Shown here one piece after another: positions 48,745 to 57,492 of a stretch of 64,000 nt of DNA. The stretch lies in assembly GCA_021325135.1 (NCBI GenBank), contig JAJPHT010000046.1, positions 128,001 through 192,000 on the forward strand, in the 5' to 3' direction. This DNA is from Pseudomonadota bacterium. Lineage in GTDB: Archaea > Thermoplasmatota > SW-10-69-26 > JACQPN01 > JAJPHT01. Every line of letters starts with the position of its first letter. Within the stretch, counting starts at the first letter, position 1. The position numbers were made by a program, and so were the translations under genes. The notes below the pieces were generated by a model. It did no database searches and was not told where the DNA came from. It saw only the letters and a program-made list of their open reading frames with translations.

Positions 48745-49275
48745 CTAAAGCCTCTCGCCGGCCTCGACCTTCATCGGCAGCCGGTTCTCCGGCGGCGGCA
48801 GCGTGCAGCTCCACGCGTCGTCGTGCGCGCAGTACGGGTGGTACGCGCGGTTGAAGTCCAGCACGTAGCGGTCCCCCGCGTGCGGCTCCAGGTCCAGGTA
48901 GCGCCCCGCGCCGTAGGTCTCCTTGCCGGAGGTCGCGTCGCGGAATGGGACGAGGAGGTACGCCTCGTCGGCCTCGCCCGGCGCGGGCTCGAAGGCCAGG
49001 AGCTGGACGCGCTGCCCCAGGAGGTCGAGCTCGAAGGCGCCCACCTCCAGCATGGCGATGGCGTCGTCGCCCGTGGACGCGAGGCGACCGGGCCTGGGCG
49101 CGGCGTGGCGCCGCAGCGTCGCCTCCACGCGATAGCGCGCGTCCAGGGGCCACCAGCGCAGCCCGCGGAACGCCTTGCGGCTCTCCGGCGAGAGCGGCGT
49201 GTCGGGGCCCTTGTAGTGCGCGTCGCGGGCCTCGCGCTCGGACTCCACGTCAGCGCGCCACTCCGCCTCGTCCAC
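48745..49275 (-). CDS. DUF1684 family protein
   Basis: PFRDATSGKETYGAGRYLD, LDFNRAYHPYCA, WSCTLPPPENRL...AGE. Confidence 0.9.
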   Translation of the reverse strand: MDEAEWRADVESEREARDAHYKGPDTPLSPESRKAFRGLRWWPLDARYRVEATLRRHAAPRPGRLASTGDDAIAMLEVGAFELDLLGQRVQLLAFEPAPGEADEAYLLVPFRDATSGKETYGAGRYLDLEPHAGDRYVLDFNRAYHPYCAHDDAWSCTLPPPENRLPMKVEAGERL

Positions 49276-49369
49276 GAGGCTTCCAACCGGGCCCGCGGAT
49301 TCAACCTTGCGGGGCCGCGAAGCCCGACGACCCGGAAGCCTCATCTTGGGGGCCCCGGCTCGTCCCGCG

Positions 49370-51376
49370 ATGACGGACGCGGGCGCCCGCCTCGACGCGA
49401 TCCTCGCTCGCCACAAGCTCCCGCTGCGCGACGCCGCCGCGCAGGACGCGCTCTGGCGCGAGCTTGCGGAGGGCCCCTTTGCGGAGCCCGGCGCGGTGCC
49501 CTTCGAGCGGCAGTGGGACGCGTGGCGGCGCGTCTTCGCGGAGCGCCCCGCGCACGCGCCGCCGCCCCCCGCGTACCAGCCTGACGCGGCGCGCGTAGAA
49601 CGGGCGAACGTGACCGCCCTCGCGCGCGAGGTGGGCGTCGCCAGCTACGCGGACCTTCAGCGCTGGAGCGCGGCGGACCGCGACGGCTTCTGGGCGCGCG
49701 CGATCCAGGCCCTGGACGTGCCGTTCCGCGACCCGCCCCGCGCCATCCGCGAAGGCGGCGCCGAGGACCCCGCGTGGCTCCCCGGCGCGACGCTCAACGC
49801 GGTGGACCTCTGCTTCCGGGCTCCACCCGAGCGCGTCGCCATCGTGCTGGGCCGCGAGGGCGAGGAGCGCCTCCGCCACGTCACCTACGGCGAGTTGGAG
49901 CGCATGACGAACCGCGTCGCGCACGGCTTCCGCGCGCTGGGCCTCGCGGCAGGCGACGCGGTCGCGCTCTACCTGCCCATGACCGTGGAGTGCGTCGCGG
50001 CGTACCTGGGCGTCATCCGCGCGGGCGGCGTCGTGGTGAGCATCGCGGACAGCTTCGCGCCTCCCGAGGTCGCGACGCGCCTGCGGCTGGCCGACGCCAA
50101 GGCGATCCTCACCACCGCCGCGTTCTCGCGGGGCGGGAAGACCTTCGACCTCTACGCCAAGGCGCGGGAGGCCGCCGCGCCGCGCGCCATCGTCGTGGGC
50201 GGCAAGCCCGAGCGCGAGGGCGACCTCGCGTGGGAGACGTTCCTGGGGCCCGCGCAGCCCTTCGAGAGCCTCGCCCTGGAGCCCACGGCGCCGACCAACG
50301 TCCTCTTCAGCAGCGGCACGACGGGCGACCCCAAGGCGATCCCGTGGACGCACCTGACGCCGCTGAAGGCCGCCATGGACGCGCGATATCACCAGGACGT
50401 CCACGAGGATGATATCATCGCCTGGCCCACCAGCATCGGCTGGATGATGGGCCCGTGGCTCGTGTACGCCTCGCTGGCCAACCGCGCGACCATGGCCCTC
50501 TTCGAGGGCGCGCCGCAGTCGCCCGAGTTCCCGCGCTTCGTGGAGCGCGCGGGCGTCACCGTGCTGGGCGTCGTGCCGGCCCTCGTGCGCGCGTGGCGCG
50601 CCTCCGGCGCGGTGCAGCGCGAGCTCGCGAAGATCCGCGTCTTCAGCAGCACGGGCGAGGCCTCCAACGTCGAGGACTACCTCTGGCTCTCCAGCGCGGC
50701 GGGCCACCGCGCGCCCATCGTGGAGTACTGCGGCGGCACGGAGATCGGCGGCGGCCACCTCACGGGCACCGTCGTCCAGCCGCAGAGCCCCGCCACCTTC
50801 AGCACGCCCGCGCTGGGGCTCGACTTCGTCGTCCTCGACCACGAGGGCAAGCGCGAGGTCGCCGAGAACGAGATGGGCGAGATCTGGCTCATCCCCCCCA
50901 GCATCGGCCTCTCGCAGCGCCTCCTCCACCGCGACCACCACAAGGAATACTACGCGGACGCGCCGCGCGGCCCCCGGGGCGAGCTCCTGCGCCGGCACGG
51001 CGACGAGGTGGAGCGCCTCCCCGGCGGCCACTGGCGCGCCCACGGCCGCGCGGACGACACCATGAACCTGGGCGGCATCAAGGTGAGCAGCCTGGAGCTG
51101 GAGCGCGTCGTGGACCGCCACCCCCAGGTCTACCAGAGCGCGGCCGTCGCGGTGATCCCGCCCGAAGGGGGCGCGGACCAGCTGGTGGTCTTCGTCGTGC
51201 CCCGCGAAGGCGCGCGCCCCGAGCCCAAGGCGCTCCAGAACGAGCTTCAGGACTTGGTGAAGAGGGACCTCAACCCACTCTACCGCATCCACGACGTGGT
51301 GCTGGTGGACGCGCTGCCGCGCACGGCGAGCAACAAGATCGTGCGGCGGGAGCTGAGGAAGCGTTACCGGAAGTAG
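49370..51376 (+). CDS. acyl-CoA synthetase (AMP-binding; AAE17/18-like)
   Basis: LFSSGTTGDPKAIPW, GWMMGPW, SSTGEAS, CGGTEIGG, HGRADDTMNLGGIK, PRTASNK. Confidence 0.92.
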   Translation: MTDAGARLDAILARHKLPLRDAAAQDALWRELAEGPFAEPGAVPFERQWDAWRRVFAERPAHAPPPPAYQPDAARVERANVTALAREVGVASYADLQRWSAADRDGFWARAIQALDVPFRDPPRAIREGGAEDPAWLPGATLNAVDLCFRAPPERVAIVLGREGEERLRHVTYGELERMTNRVAHGFRALGLAAGDAVALYLPMTVECVAAYLGVIRAGGVVVSIADSFAPPEVATRLRLADAKAILTTAAFSRGGKTFDLYAKAREAAAPRAIVVGGKPEREGDLAWETFLGPAQPFESLALEPTAPTNVLFSSGTTGDPKAIPWTHLTPLKAAMDARYHQDVHEDDIIAWPTSIGWMMGPWLVYASLANRATMALFEGAPQSPEFPRFVERAGVTVLGVVPALVRAWRASGAVQRELAKIRVFSSTGEASNVEDYLWLSSAAGHRAPIVEYCGGTEIGGGHLTGTVVQPQSPATFSTPALGLDFVVLDHEGKREVAENEMGEIWLIPPSIGLSQRLLHRDHHKEYYADAPRGPRGELLRRHGDEVERLPGGHWRAHGRADDTMNLGGIKVSSLELERVVDRHPQVYQSAAVAVIPPEGGADQLVVFVVPREGARPEPKALQNELQDLVKRDLNPLYRIHDVVLVDALPRTASNKIVRRELRKRYRK

Positions 51377-51522
51377 ACCCGCCACCCTCCGAACCCGGGC
51401 CATGGCCGTTACATTCTTGCATGGGGAGCGCATCCGTCGGCATCTTGGCCAAGCGGGGAGGGTTAGTCGTGCCGCCGGTCACGTTCGGATCGTAGGATGC
51501 CTTCTCTGCCTGGGGAGCCCGC

Positions 51523-53475
51523 ATGCCCAACCGCCAGGCCACGCACGATCCCGAGATCGCCCTTCGATGGCTTCTGGCCATCCAGCGTGCTCCCGGTTTG
51601 ACCTTCAGCGCGCTGCATCGCAAGGTCGGAGGAAAGGCGCTCCTGGCCCGGGAGCTTCTCGACGACCTGGAAGCCCGTCAGCTTGTCCGCACCGGTGAAG
51701 AGGAGAAGGATCGCCCCGGGCCCAGCGCCGACGGCCACTGGCTCACGTCGGATGGAGCGGTCTTCCTGGAAGACCTGCAGCGCATCCTGCAGGAGTTCCC
51801 CAACCTCATGTTCGCGCACCGGCTCCTCCGGATCATCGGGGAGCAGCCGGACATCGCGTGGGCGCAGCTGCGCGACGAGGCGAGCACGAACAGCCAGAGC
51901 ATGGCCGTCCACCGGGACCACCTGATCCACGAGGGATACGTGGAGCTTTTCGAGCGGGACCGGAAAGGGCACCGCCACCGCCGGACCGCGAAAGGGGACG
52001 AGACCTTCAGGCGCATTGAGCAGGCCATGGGCAAGCTGGTGAAGCTCGACCAGCCCGAGGTGGGAGCCAAGCCTCCGGTGCGCGCCCCTCTCCCCCGGGC
52101 GATGGAGTCGTGGAGCAAGCTCACCTCGGTGCTCAAGCCCGCGCTCCGGATGGGGAAGGACGGCGTCACGGTCCACGACCCGGAGGCCCTCCGGGGAGAG
52201 CCCATCGACGCTCTCGCCCAGACGGCGGTCTTCGCCGTGGGGCCTACGCGCGACAGGGCGCGGGAGATCGTCCGGGCCCTGGCGCATCAGCAAGGCCTCG
52301 TTCCGGCAAGCCTCCAGCGGTTCTATCTGGCCCGCGCGCGAGGGCACATCGGGTCCTCCTTCACGGTCCCGGCATTCAACATCCGCGGCGCCACCTACGA
52401 GGTCGCGCGGGCCGCGTTCCGCGCCGCCAAGCGCCGCCACGTGGGCGCCATGATCTTCGAGATCGCCCGCAGCGAGACCGGCTACACCGAGCAACGCCCC
52501 GCGGAATACGCCGTGGCGATCCTGGCTGCGGGCGTCAAGGAGGGGTTTCGCGGGCCCCTCTTCCTCCAGGGGGACCACTACCAGTTCACCCGACCCATCG
52601 AGTCCGCGCACCTCCAGGCGACTCAGTTCCAGCTGGAGAACCTCGTCCTGGAGAGCCTCGATGCCGGCTTCCGCCAGATCGACGTCGACGCCTCGCCCCT
52701 TGTCAACCCCGCCCTTCCGACCATCCCGGACCAGCAGGCCCTCAACGCGGTCCGCTCCGCCCGCCTGACGTCCTTCGTCCGCGACCAGGAGGACGTTGGC
52801 CCTGGCGTCTGCGTCGGGGCCGAGGTGTCCGAGATCGGGGGGCCTCCGACAAGCCTGGCGGACGTCCACGCCTTCATGGATCGCTACACCCACGAGCTGC
52901 GCCGCCTGGGCCAGGGTCCGGGGCCGGCCAAGCTCAGCGTCAACACGCTCACGGGGACCGGAGGCTCCGGAGGCGCCCAGGTTTCCTTTGATCTTCTCTC
53001 TTCCATCTCGGAGGTCTGCCGCGAGACCTACGGCATGGCAGGAGTCGCGCAGCACGGGACGGCGGAGCTTCCCGACGCCGAGCTTCATCGCTTCGTGAAG
53101 GCGGGCGCTTGCGAGCTCCACGTGGCGACGGGGCTGCAGAACGCGCTCCTCGACCACCCCGAGTTCCCCCACGCGCTGCGCGCGAGGATGGACGCGTGGG
53201 TCAAGGCTCAGCAGGTGGCGAGCCCGGGGCAGACGCTCCAGAAGCTCCGGAAGCGAGCGTTCGGCCCTTTCAAGCGCGACCTGTGGGCCATCGAGCCGCA
53301 CGTCATGGAGGCCATCGGGAAGGACCTGGAGGCCAAGTTCGACGTGATGTTCCAGGAGCTCGGGGTCGTGGACACCATGCCGCTCGTCGATCGCCTTGCG
53401 CGGAAGGATCCGCCCGGGTGGGGCGCAGGGACTTCCGGGTCACGGACGGCGCGTTCGACGACGCCGAGTTCCTGA
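51523..53475 (+). CDS. fusion of two winged-HTH-like domains with a class II fructose-bisphosphate aldolase-like domain
   Basis: Two units ending HWLTSDG and HRRTAKG (wing motif); FTVPAFNIRG, IFEIARSE.GYT.QRP, FLQGDH, IDVDAS, VAQHG, ELHVATG.QN. Confidence 0.82.
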   Translation: MPNRQATHDPEIALRWLLAIQRAPGLTFSALHRKVGGKALLARELLDDLEARQLVRTGEEEKDRPGPSADGHWLTSDGAVFLEDLQRILQEFPNLMFAHRLLRIIGEQPDIAWAQLRDEASTNSQSMAVHRDHLIHEGYVELFERDRKGHRHRRTAKGDETFRRIEQAMGKLVKLDQPEVGAKPPVRAPLPRAMESWSKLTSVLKPALRMGKDGVTVHDPEALRGEPIDALAQTAVFAVGPTRDRAREIVRALAHQQGLVPASLQRFYLARARGHIGSSFTVPAFNIRGATYEVARAAFRAAKRRHVGAMIFEIARSETGYTEQRPAEYAVAILAAGVKEGFRGPLFLQGDHYQFTRPIESAHLQATQFQLENLVLESLDAGFRQIDVDASPLVNPALPTIPDQQALNAVRSARLTSFVRDQEDVGPGVCVGAEVSEIGGPPTSLADVHAFMDRYTHELRRLGQGPGPAKLSVNTLTGTGGSGGAQVSFDLLSSISEVCRETYGMAGVAQHGTAELPDAELHRFVKAGACELHVATGLQNALLDHPEFPHALRARMDAWVKAQQVASPGQTLQKLRKRAFGPFKRDLWAIEPHVMEAIGKDLEAKFDVMFQELGVVDTMPLVDRLARKDPPGWGAGTSGSRTARSTTPSS

Positions 53476-53608
53476 CCGTTCCTCCAGGGACGGCGGCTCC
53501 GCAGCACCGCACGAGACGCGAGGAACCCGCGGCATCTGAAGGATTAACTTGTCCAACGGAACTGCGCGCGCGGCGTCGCCTGGGAGGCGTCGCCTTGGAG
53601 GACCCGTC

Positions 53609-55126
53609 TTGACCACTGCCCCCGCCAGCCCCACCACGCCCCGCCTCGACGAGCTCACGTCGAACCCGCGCCGCCTCGACGCGCAGCGGGTCGACAAGCT
53701 CCGCCGCCTCGACGCGATGGGCTACGCGCCGCCCTACCGCTTCGTCCCGACCCACGACATCGCCCAGTTCCACGCGACGTTCGGACGCCTCGGCGTGGGC
53801 GAGGAGGCCCCCGACGAGGTCGCCGTGCACGGCCGCGTCGACGCGATCCGCCGGATGGCGAAGGCCATCTTCGTCGACCTGCGCGACCCCGAGGGCGCGC
53901 GGCTCCAGATGTGCGTCCAGCGCCCCGCCGCAGGCCCCCTCTTCGACGGAGCGGCGCTCCTCGACACCGGGGACCGGATCGCCGTCCACGGTCGCCCCCT
54001 GCGCACCCAGAAGGGCGAGCTCTCGGTCCGCGCCGAGAAGCTCGTGCTGCTCTCGAAGTGCCTCCAGGCCGCGCCCAACGCCGGCCTCGACGCGGAGAAC
54101 CGCCTGCGCGAGCCGTGGCTGGACCGCCTCTTCGATGACGCCGCCCGCCAGCGCCTCCTCGCGCGCGCCCGCGTCAAGCGCGCGCTCCACGACGTCATGG
54201 CCGTGGAGGGCTACGTCGAGATCGACCCGCCGCTCCTGAGCCGCAGCTACGGCGGCGCGGCCGCGCGCCCCTTCGTGACCGAGAGCAACGGCCTGGGGGG
54301 CGAGCAGCTCTTCCTCCAGATCTCCCCCGAGATCGCGCTCAAGAAGTGCGTCGTCGGGGGCCTCGACGCGGTGTACGCCGTCACGCGAAACTTCCGCAAC
54401 GAGGGCATCGATCCCAGCCACACGCCCGAGTTCGACGCCTTCGAGTGCTACCGCGTGGGCGCCGACTACGTCGACATGATGGACCTGACGGAGCGCATCT
54501 TCCGCGCGTGCGCGCAGGCGGCCAACGGCACGACGCGCGTGACCTGCCGCGGCGCTGAGATCGACTTCGCGGCGCCCTGGCGCCGCGTCCGCATGCGCGA
54601 CGCGGTCTGCGAGGCGCTCAAGCTGGGCGATCCGGACCTCGACGCGCTGCGCGACGCGCTTCAGGAGCACTCGCTCGACGCGAGCCGCGCGTCGAGCGAG
54701 GCCATGGCGATCAACCTCCTCTTCGAAGCGCGCGTGCAGGAGACGCTCGTCCAGCCGACCATCGTCCTCGACTACCCCGAGGAGATCTCGCCCCTCACGC
54801 GCGCCCACCGCGCGGCGCCGGGGCTCGTCGAGCGCTTCGAGGCGTTCATCGGCGGGACCGAGTTCGCCAACGCCTACACCGAGCTCAACGACCCCTTCGA
54901 GCAGGAGCGCCGCCTGCGGCTCCAGGAGGAGGAGCGCCGCCGCGGCAACGACGAGGCCCACCCCCTGGATTGGAGCTTCGTGGACGCGATGCGGTGCGGC
55001 TTCCCGCCCACGGGCGGCCTCGGGATCGGGCTCGACCGCATGGTCATGCTCCTGACGAGCTCGCCCACCATCCGCGCCATCCAGACCGAGCCGCTGGTCC
55101 GCTCCCTGCCCGAGGAGGCCGGGTGA
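53609..55126 (+). CDS. lysS: divergent class II lysyl-tRNA synthetase (OB-fold plus catalytic domain)
   Basis: KGELSV, GGAAARPFVT, motif 2 RNFRNEGID, ERFE, ANAYTELNDP, motif 3 GGLGIGLDR; TTG start with GGAGGA SD. Confidence 0.88.
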   Translation: MTTAPASPTTPRLDELTSNPRRLDAQRVDKLRRLDAMGYAPPYRFVPTHDIAQFHATFGRLGVGEEAPDEVAVHGRVDAIRRMAKAIFVDLRDPEGARLQMCVQRPAAGPLFDGAALLDTGDRIAVHGRPLRTQKGELSVRAEKLVLLSKCLQAAPNAGLDAENRLREPWLDRLFDDAARQRLLARARVKRALHDVMAVEGYVEIDPPLLSRSYGGAAARPFVTESNGLGGEQLFLQISPEIALKKCVVGGLDAVYAVTRNFRNEGIDPSHTPEFDAFECYRVGADYVDMMDLTERIFRACAQAANGTTRVTCRGAEIDFAAPWRRVRMRDAVCEALKLGDPDLDALRDALQEHSLDASRASSEAMAINLLFEARVQETLVQPTIVLDYPEEISPLTRAHRAAPGLVERFEAFIGGTEFANAYTELNDPFEQERRLRLQEEERRRGNDEAHPLDWSFVDAMRCGFPPTGGLGIGLDRMVMLLTSSPTIRAIQTEPLVRSLPEEAG

Positions 55127-55815
55127 TCCCGATGCTTGGCTCGCCCCGCCGCGAGGTCGACAAACGCGCGTTCGACGCGGTCCGCCGCGAGCTGGGGTTC
55201 TCCCTCGTGCGCTGCGCGGGCCACTCGCCGGAGGGCTGGGAGATCGAGTACCAGTCGCCCGAGGGCACGCTCAAGATGGCCACGCTCGCCGGCCGCATCG
55301 AGCTGCGCCAGGGCGCGCTCATCGCCGCCCTCACCCGCCTGGACAACGACGCCCTGGGGCGCGTGCAGGAGCGGTGGGAAGTCCGCGCCGGCGAGGTCGT
55401 GGAGGCCACGGAAGAGCCCGCCACCGACCTTCACCTCCTCAAGGCCGTCGTCCGGACGCACCCGCACGTGCGCCAGCTGCTGGCCACGGGCTTCTGTGGA
55501 CGCCCGGGCTATCCCGAGGAGCCCCAGGATCTCGTGGGCGCGCACTTCGCGATCCTGGCCAACGCGCGCCCCAAGGCCTTCCCCTCTGTCGGCATCCAGA
55601 GCGAAGGCATGTTCCTGGGCTGCGAGAGCGACGACCACGTCGGGCTGCTGCGCTTCCGGCTTCCGCCGGCCGTGCGCCATCTGGAGCGCAACCTCGTGGA
55701 CTGGCGGCTCTCGACCGACGGGCGCATCGCCGTTCCGGGCTGCTGGTTCGTTCGGAGGTTCTTCCCCGCCGAGCTCGCCTTCGGCGATTTCCCCACGGGA
55801 TGGCCGGTCCAGTAG
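55123..55815 (+). CDS. protein containing a Trbp111/CsaA/EMAP II-like tRNA-binding OB domain
   Basis: EVRAGEVVEA...RQLLATG...DLVG...LANARPK...GIQSEGMFL; GTGA overlap with lysS. Confidence 0.72.
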   Translation: MIPMLGSPRREVDKRAFDAVRRELGFSLVRCAGHSPEGWEIEYQSPEGTLKMATLAGRIELRQGALIAALTRLDNDALGRVQERWEVRAGEVVEATEEPATDLHLLKAVVRTHPHVRQLLATGFCGRPGYPEEPQDLVGAHFAILANARPKAFPSVGIQSEGMFLGCESDDHVGLLRFRLPPAVRHLERNLVDWRLSTDGRIAVPGCWFVRRFFPAELAFGDFPTGWPVQ

Positions 55816-55881
55816 CCACACGCCCATGCGACGCCAGGAAGCGTGGTCGGGCCAACCGCAGATGCAGGTGCGGCGAGGCGC

Positions 55882-56154
55882 TCACTCCGTCGGCGGCAGC
55901 GTGCAGTCGAAGACCTCGCGGCCCAGGACGAAGTAGCCGCACTCCTGGTGGCCGGCCGCGCTGCCCTGGTGGGCGTAGACGACCGTCTGGCCGTCCTCGA
56001 CGCAGGTGAGGCGGTACGAGTCGCCCACGTCGTACTGGCTGGTCCACAGGTCGCAGGGGCCGACGCGGTGGTCGCCGAAGGGGTTGGGGACGGGAGTGGC
56101 CAGCGCGAGGGGCGTGGCGGCGAGCAGGATCGTAAGAAGCAGAAGAGTGCGCAT
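55882..56154 (-). CDS. small secreted 4-Cys protein, array member 5
   Basis: Signal peptide; VGPC-x16-C-x20-C-x11-C. Confidence 0.82.
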   Translation of the reverse strand: MRTLLLLTILLAATPLALATPVPNPFGDHRVGPCDLWTSQYDVGDSYRLTCVEDGQTVVYAHQGSAAGHQECGYFVLGREVFDCTLPPTE

Positions 56155-56205
56155 GGTGGTGCCTCCACAGGCGCACCACCAGGCGGGAAGATGACGTTTG
56201 CGGGC

Positions 56206-56499
56206 TCAGTTCACGAGGGGGCCGCAGCTGTAGAGGTCGTGGCCGTCGACCCAGTAGCCGCACTCCCACACGAGGCCGGCCTGGCCCTGGTGGAAGTAGA
56301 TGCTGTGGCCCTCGACGTCGCACGTCAGGCGCGACGAGTCGCCCACGTCGAACTGGTTCGTCCAGTAGTCGCAGGGGCCGACGTAGTGGTCGCCGTAGGG
56401 GCTGGGGTGCGGGATCGCGATGGGGCCGGGGAGCGGGCCTGCAAGCGCGAGGGGGGTCGCCAGGAGCGCGAGCGCAGCAAGGACAAGGGGGGTTCGCAT
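56206..56499 (-). CDS. small secreted 4-Cys protein, array member 4
   Basis: Signal peptide; VGPC-x16-C-x19-C-x11-C. Confidence 0.82.
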   Translation of the reverse strand: MRTPLVLAALALLATPLALAGPLPGPIAIPHPSPYGDHYVGPCDYWTNQFDVGDSSRLTCDVEGHSIYFHQGQAGLVWECGYWVDGHDLYSCGPLVN

Positions 56500-56565
56500 G
56501 GGTGTGCCTCCGCCGCGTGACGGTGGCGGGGAGGCATCACCCTTGCGGCGGAGCAGCGTCGCGGG

Positions 56566-56838
56566 TCAAGCCGGCACGCCGCAGGGGACGAAGACCGTGG
56601 CGCCGTCCACGTTGGCGTACGCGTAGTCGCCCAGCGCGCACGTGCCGTAGCTGGCGCGGGCGGACTGGCCGGCTGCGGCGCAGCCGACGCCCAGCGCCTC
56701 GCCGGGCCAGAGGAGCGACCACGAGACGACGCAGGGGCCCACCGTGACGGGGGGCTGCGGGAGCGAGGGGCGCGCGGCGGCGAGGGGCGCCAGCAAGGCG
56801 AGCGCCACGAGAAGAAGGGCGACACGCACGGCGCTCAC
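56566..56838 (-). CDS. small secreted 4-Cys protein, array member 3
   Basis: GTGA overlap; signal peptide; VGPC-x16-C-x13-C-x18-C. Confidence 0.75.
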   Translation of the reverse strand: MSAVRVALLLVALALLAPLAAARPSLPQPPVTVGPCVVSWSLLWPGEALGVGCAAAGQSARASYGTCALGDYAYANVDGATVFVPCGVPA

Positions 56839-57116
56839 TCCGTCCCGGGGGAGCACTGCTCCAGGGTCTGGCCGAGGACGCGCAGGTGGCACGAGTGGCC
56901 CAGGAGCGTCATGCTGTCGGCGTAGTCGAAGACCTCGATGCCTTCGGCGGAGCACCCGGCGGCGCGCGACTCGGCGTCCACATTGAAGCCCCACGACGCG
57001 TGGCACGGGCCCACGACGTAGCTGCCGTGGTCGAGGGGGGGCAGGGGCGAGGCCTGCGCGAGGGGCGCCAGCGCAAGGAGGGCCAGGAGGCCGGCCAGGA
57101 CGGGGGCGCGCATCAT
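56835..57116 (-). CDS. small secreted 4-Cys protein, array member 2
   Basis: ATGA overlap; signal peptide; VGPC-x16-C-x20-C-x11-C. Confidence 0.8.
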   Translation of the reverse strand: MMRAPVLAGLLALLALAPLAQASPLPPLDHGSYVVGPCHASWGFNVDAESRAAGCSAEGIEVFDYADSMTLLGHSCHLRVLGQTLEQCSPGTE

Positions 57117-57397
57117 TCCCCCTCCGGGGGCGGGCACTGCTCGAGGGTCTGGCCCGCGACGCGCAGGCCGCAGGAGTGGCCCCCGATGGTGGTGCCGTCC
57201 CAGTACGAGAGGACCTCCTGGCCCGCGACCCCGCACGAGACGGAGGTGACGCTGCCTTCGAACCACGTGACCTTCTCCACGTGGCAGGGGCCGACGGTCT
57301 CGTCGACGTTGCCGTTGGGCAGCGGGGGCGCGGCGGACGCGGCCGGGAGCAGGAGAAGCAGGATGAGCAGCGCGGGGAGCGCAAGCAGGGTTCGCAT
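57113..57397 (-). CDS. small secreted 4-Cys protein, array member 1
   Basis: SD GGAGG; signal peptide; VGPC-x16-C-x20-C-x11-C. Confidence 0.82.
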   Translation of the reverse strand: MRTLLALPALLILLLLLPAASAAPPLPNGNVDETVGPCHVEKVTWFEGSVTSVSCGVAGQEVLSYWDGTTIGGHSCGLRVAGQTLEQCPPPEGE

Positions 57398-57492
57398 GGG
57401 GGTTTGTGCCTCCGGAAGCGGAGAGCGCCGCTGCACGTTTGGGGATTGCGGGCCCGCAGACCCTTAAATGCCAGGCGTTCCCTGCGGAGGCC

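Noticed and set aside
53609-55126. EpmA/GenX (EF-P lysyl ligase)
   Set aside because: EpmA lacks the anticodon-binding OB-fold, which this protein has
55882-57397. RiPP precursor cluster or DGR target array
   Set aside because: No modification enzymes, transporter, reverse transcriptase or adenine-specific TR/VR pair; the proteins have ordinary signal peptides
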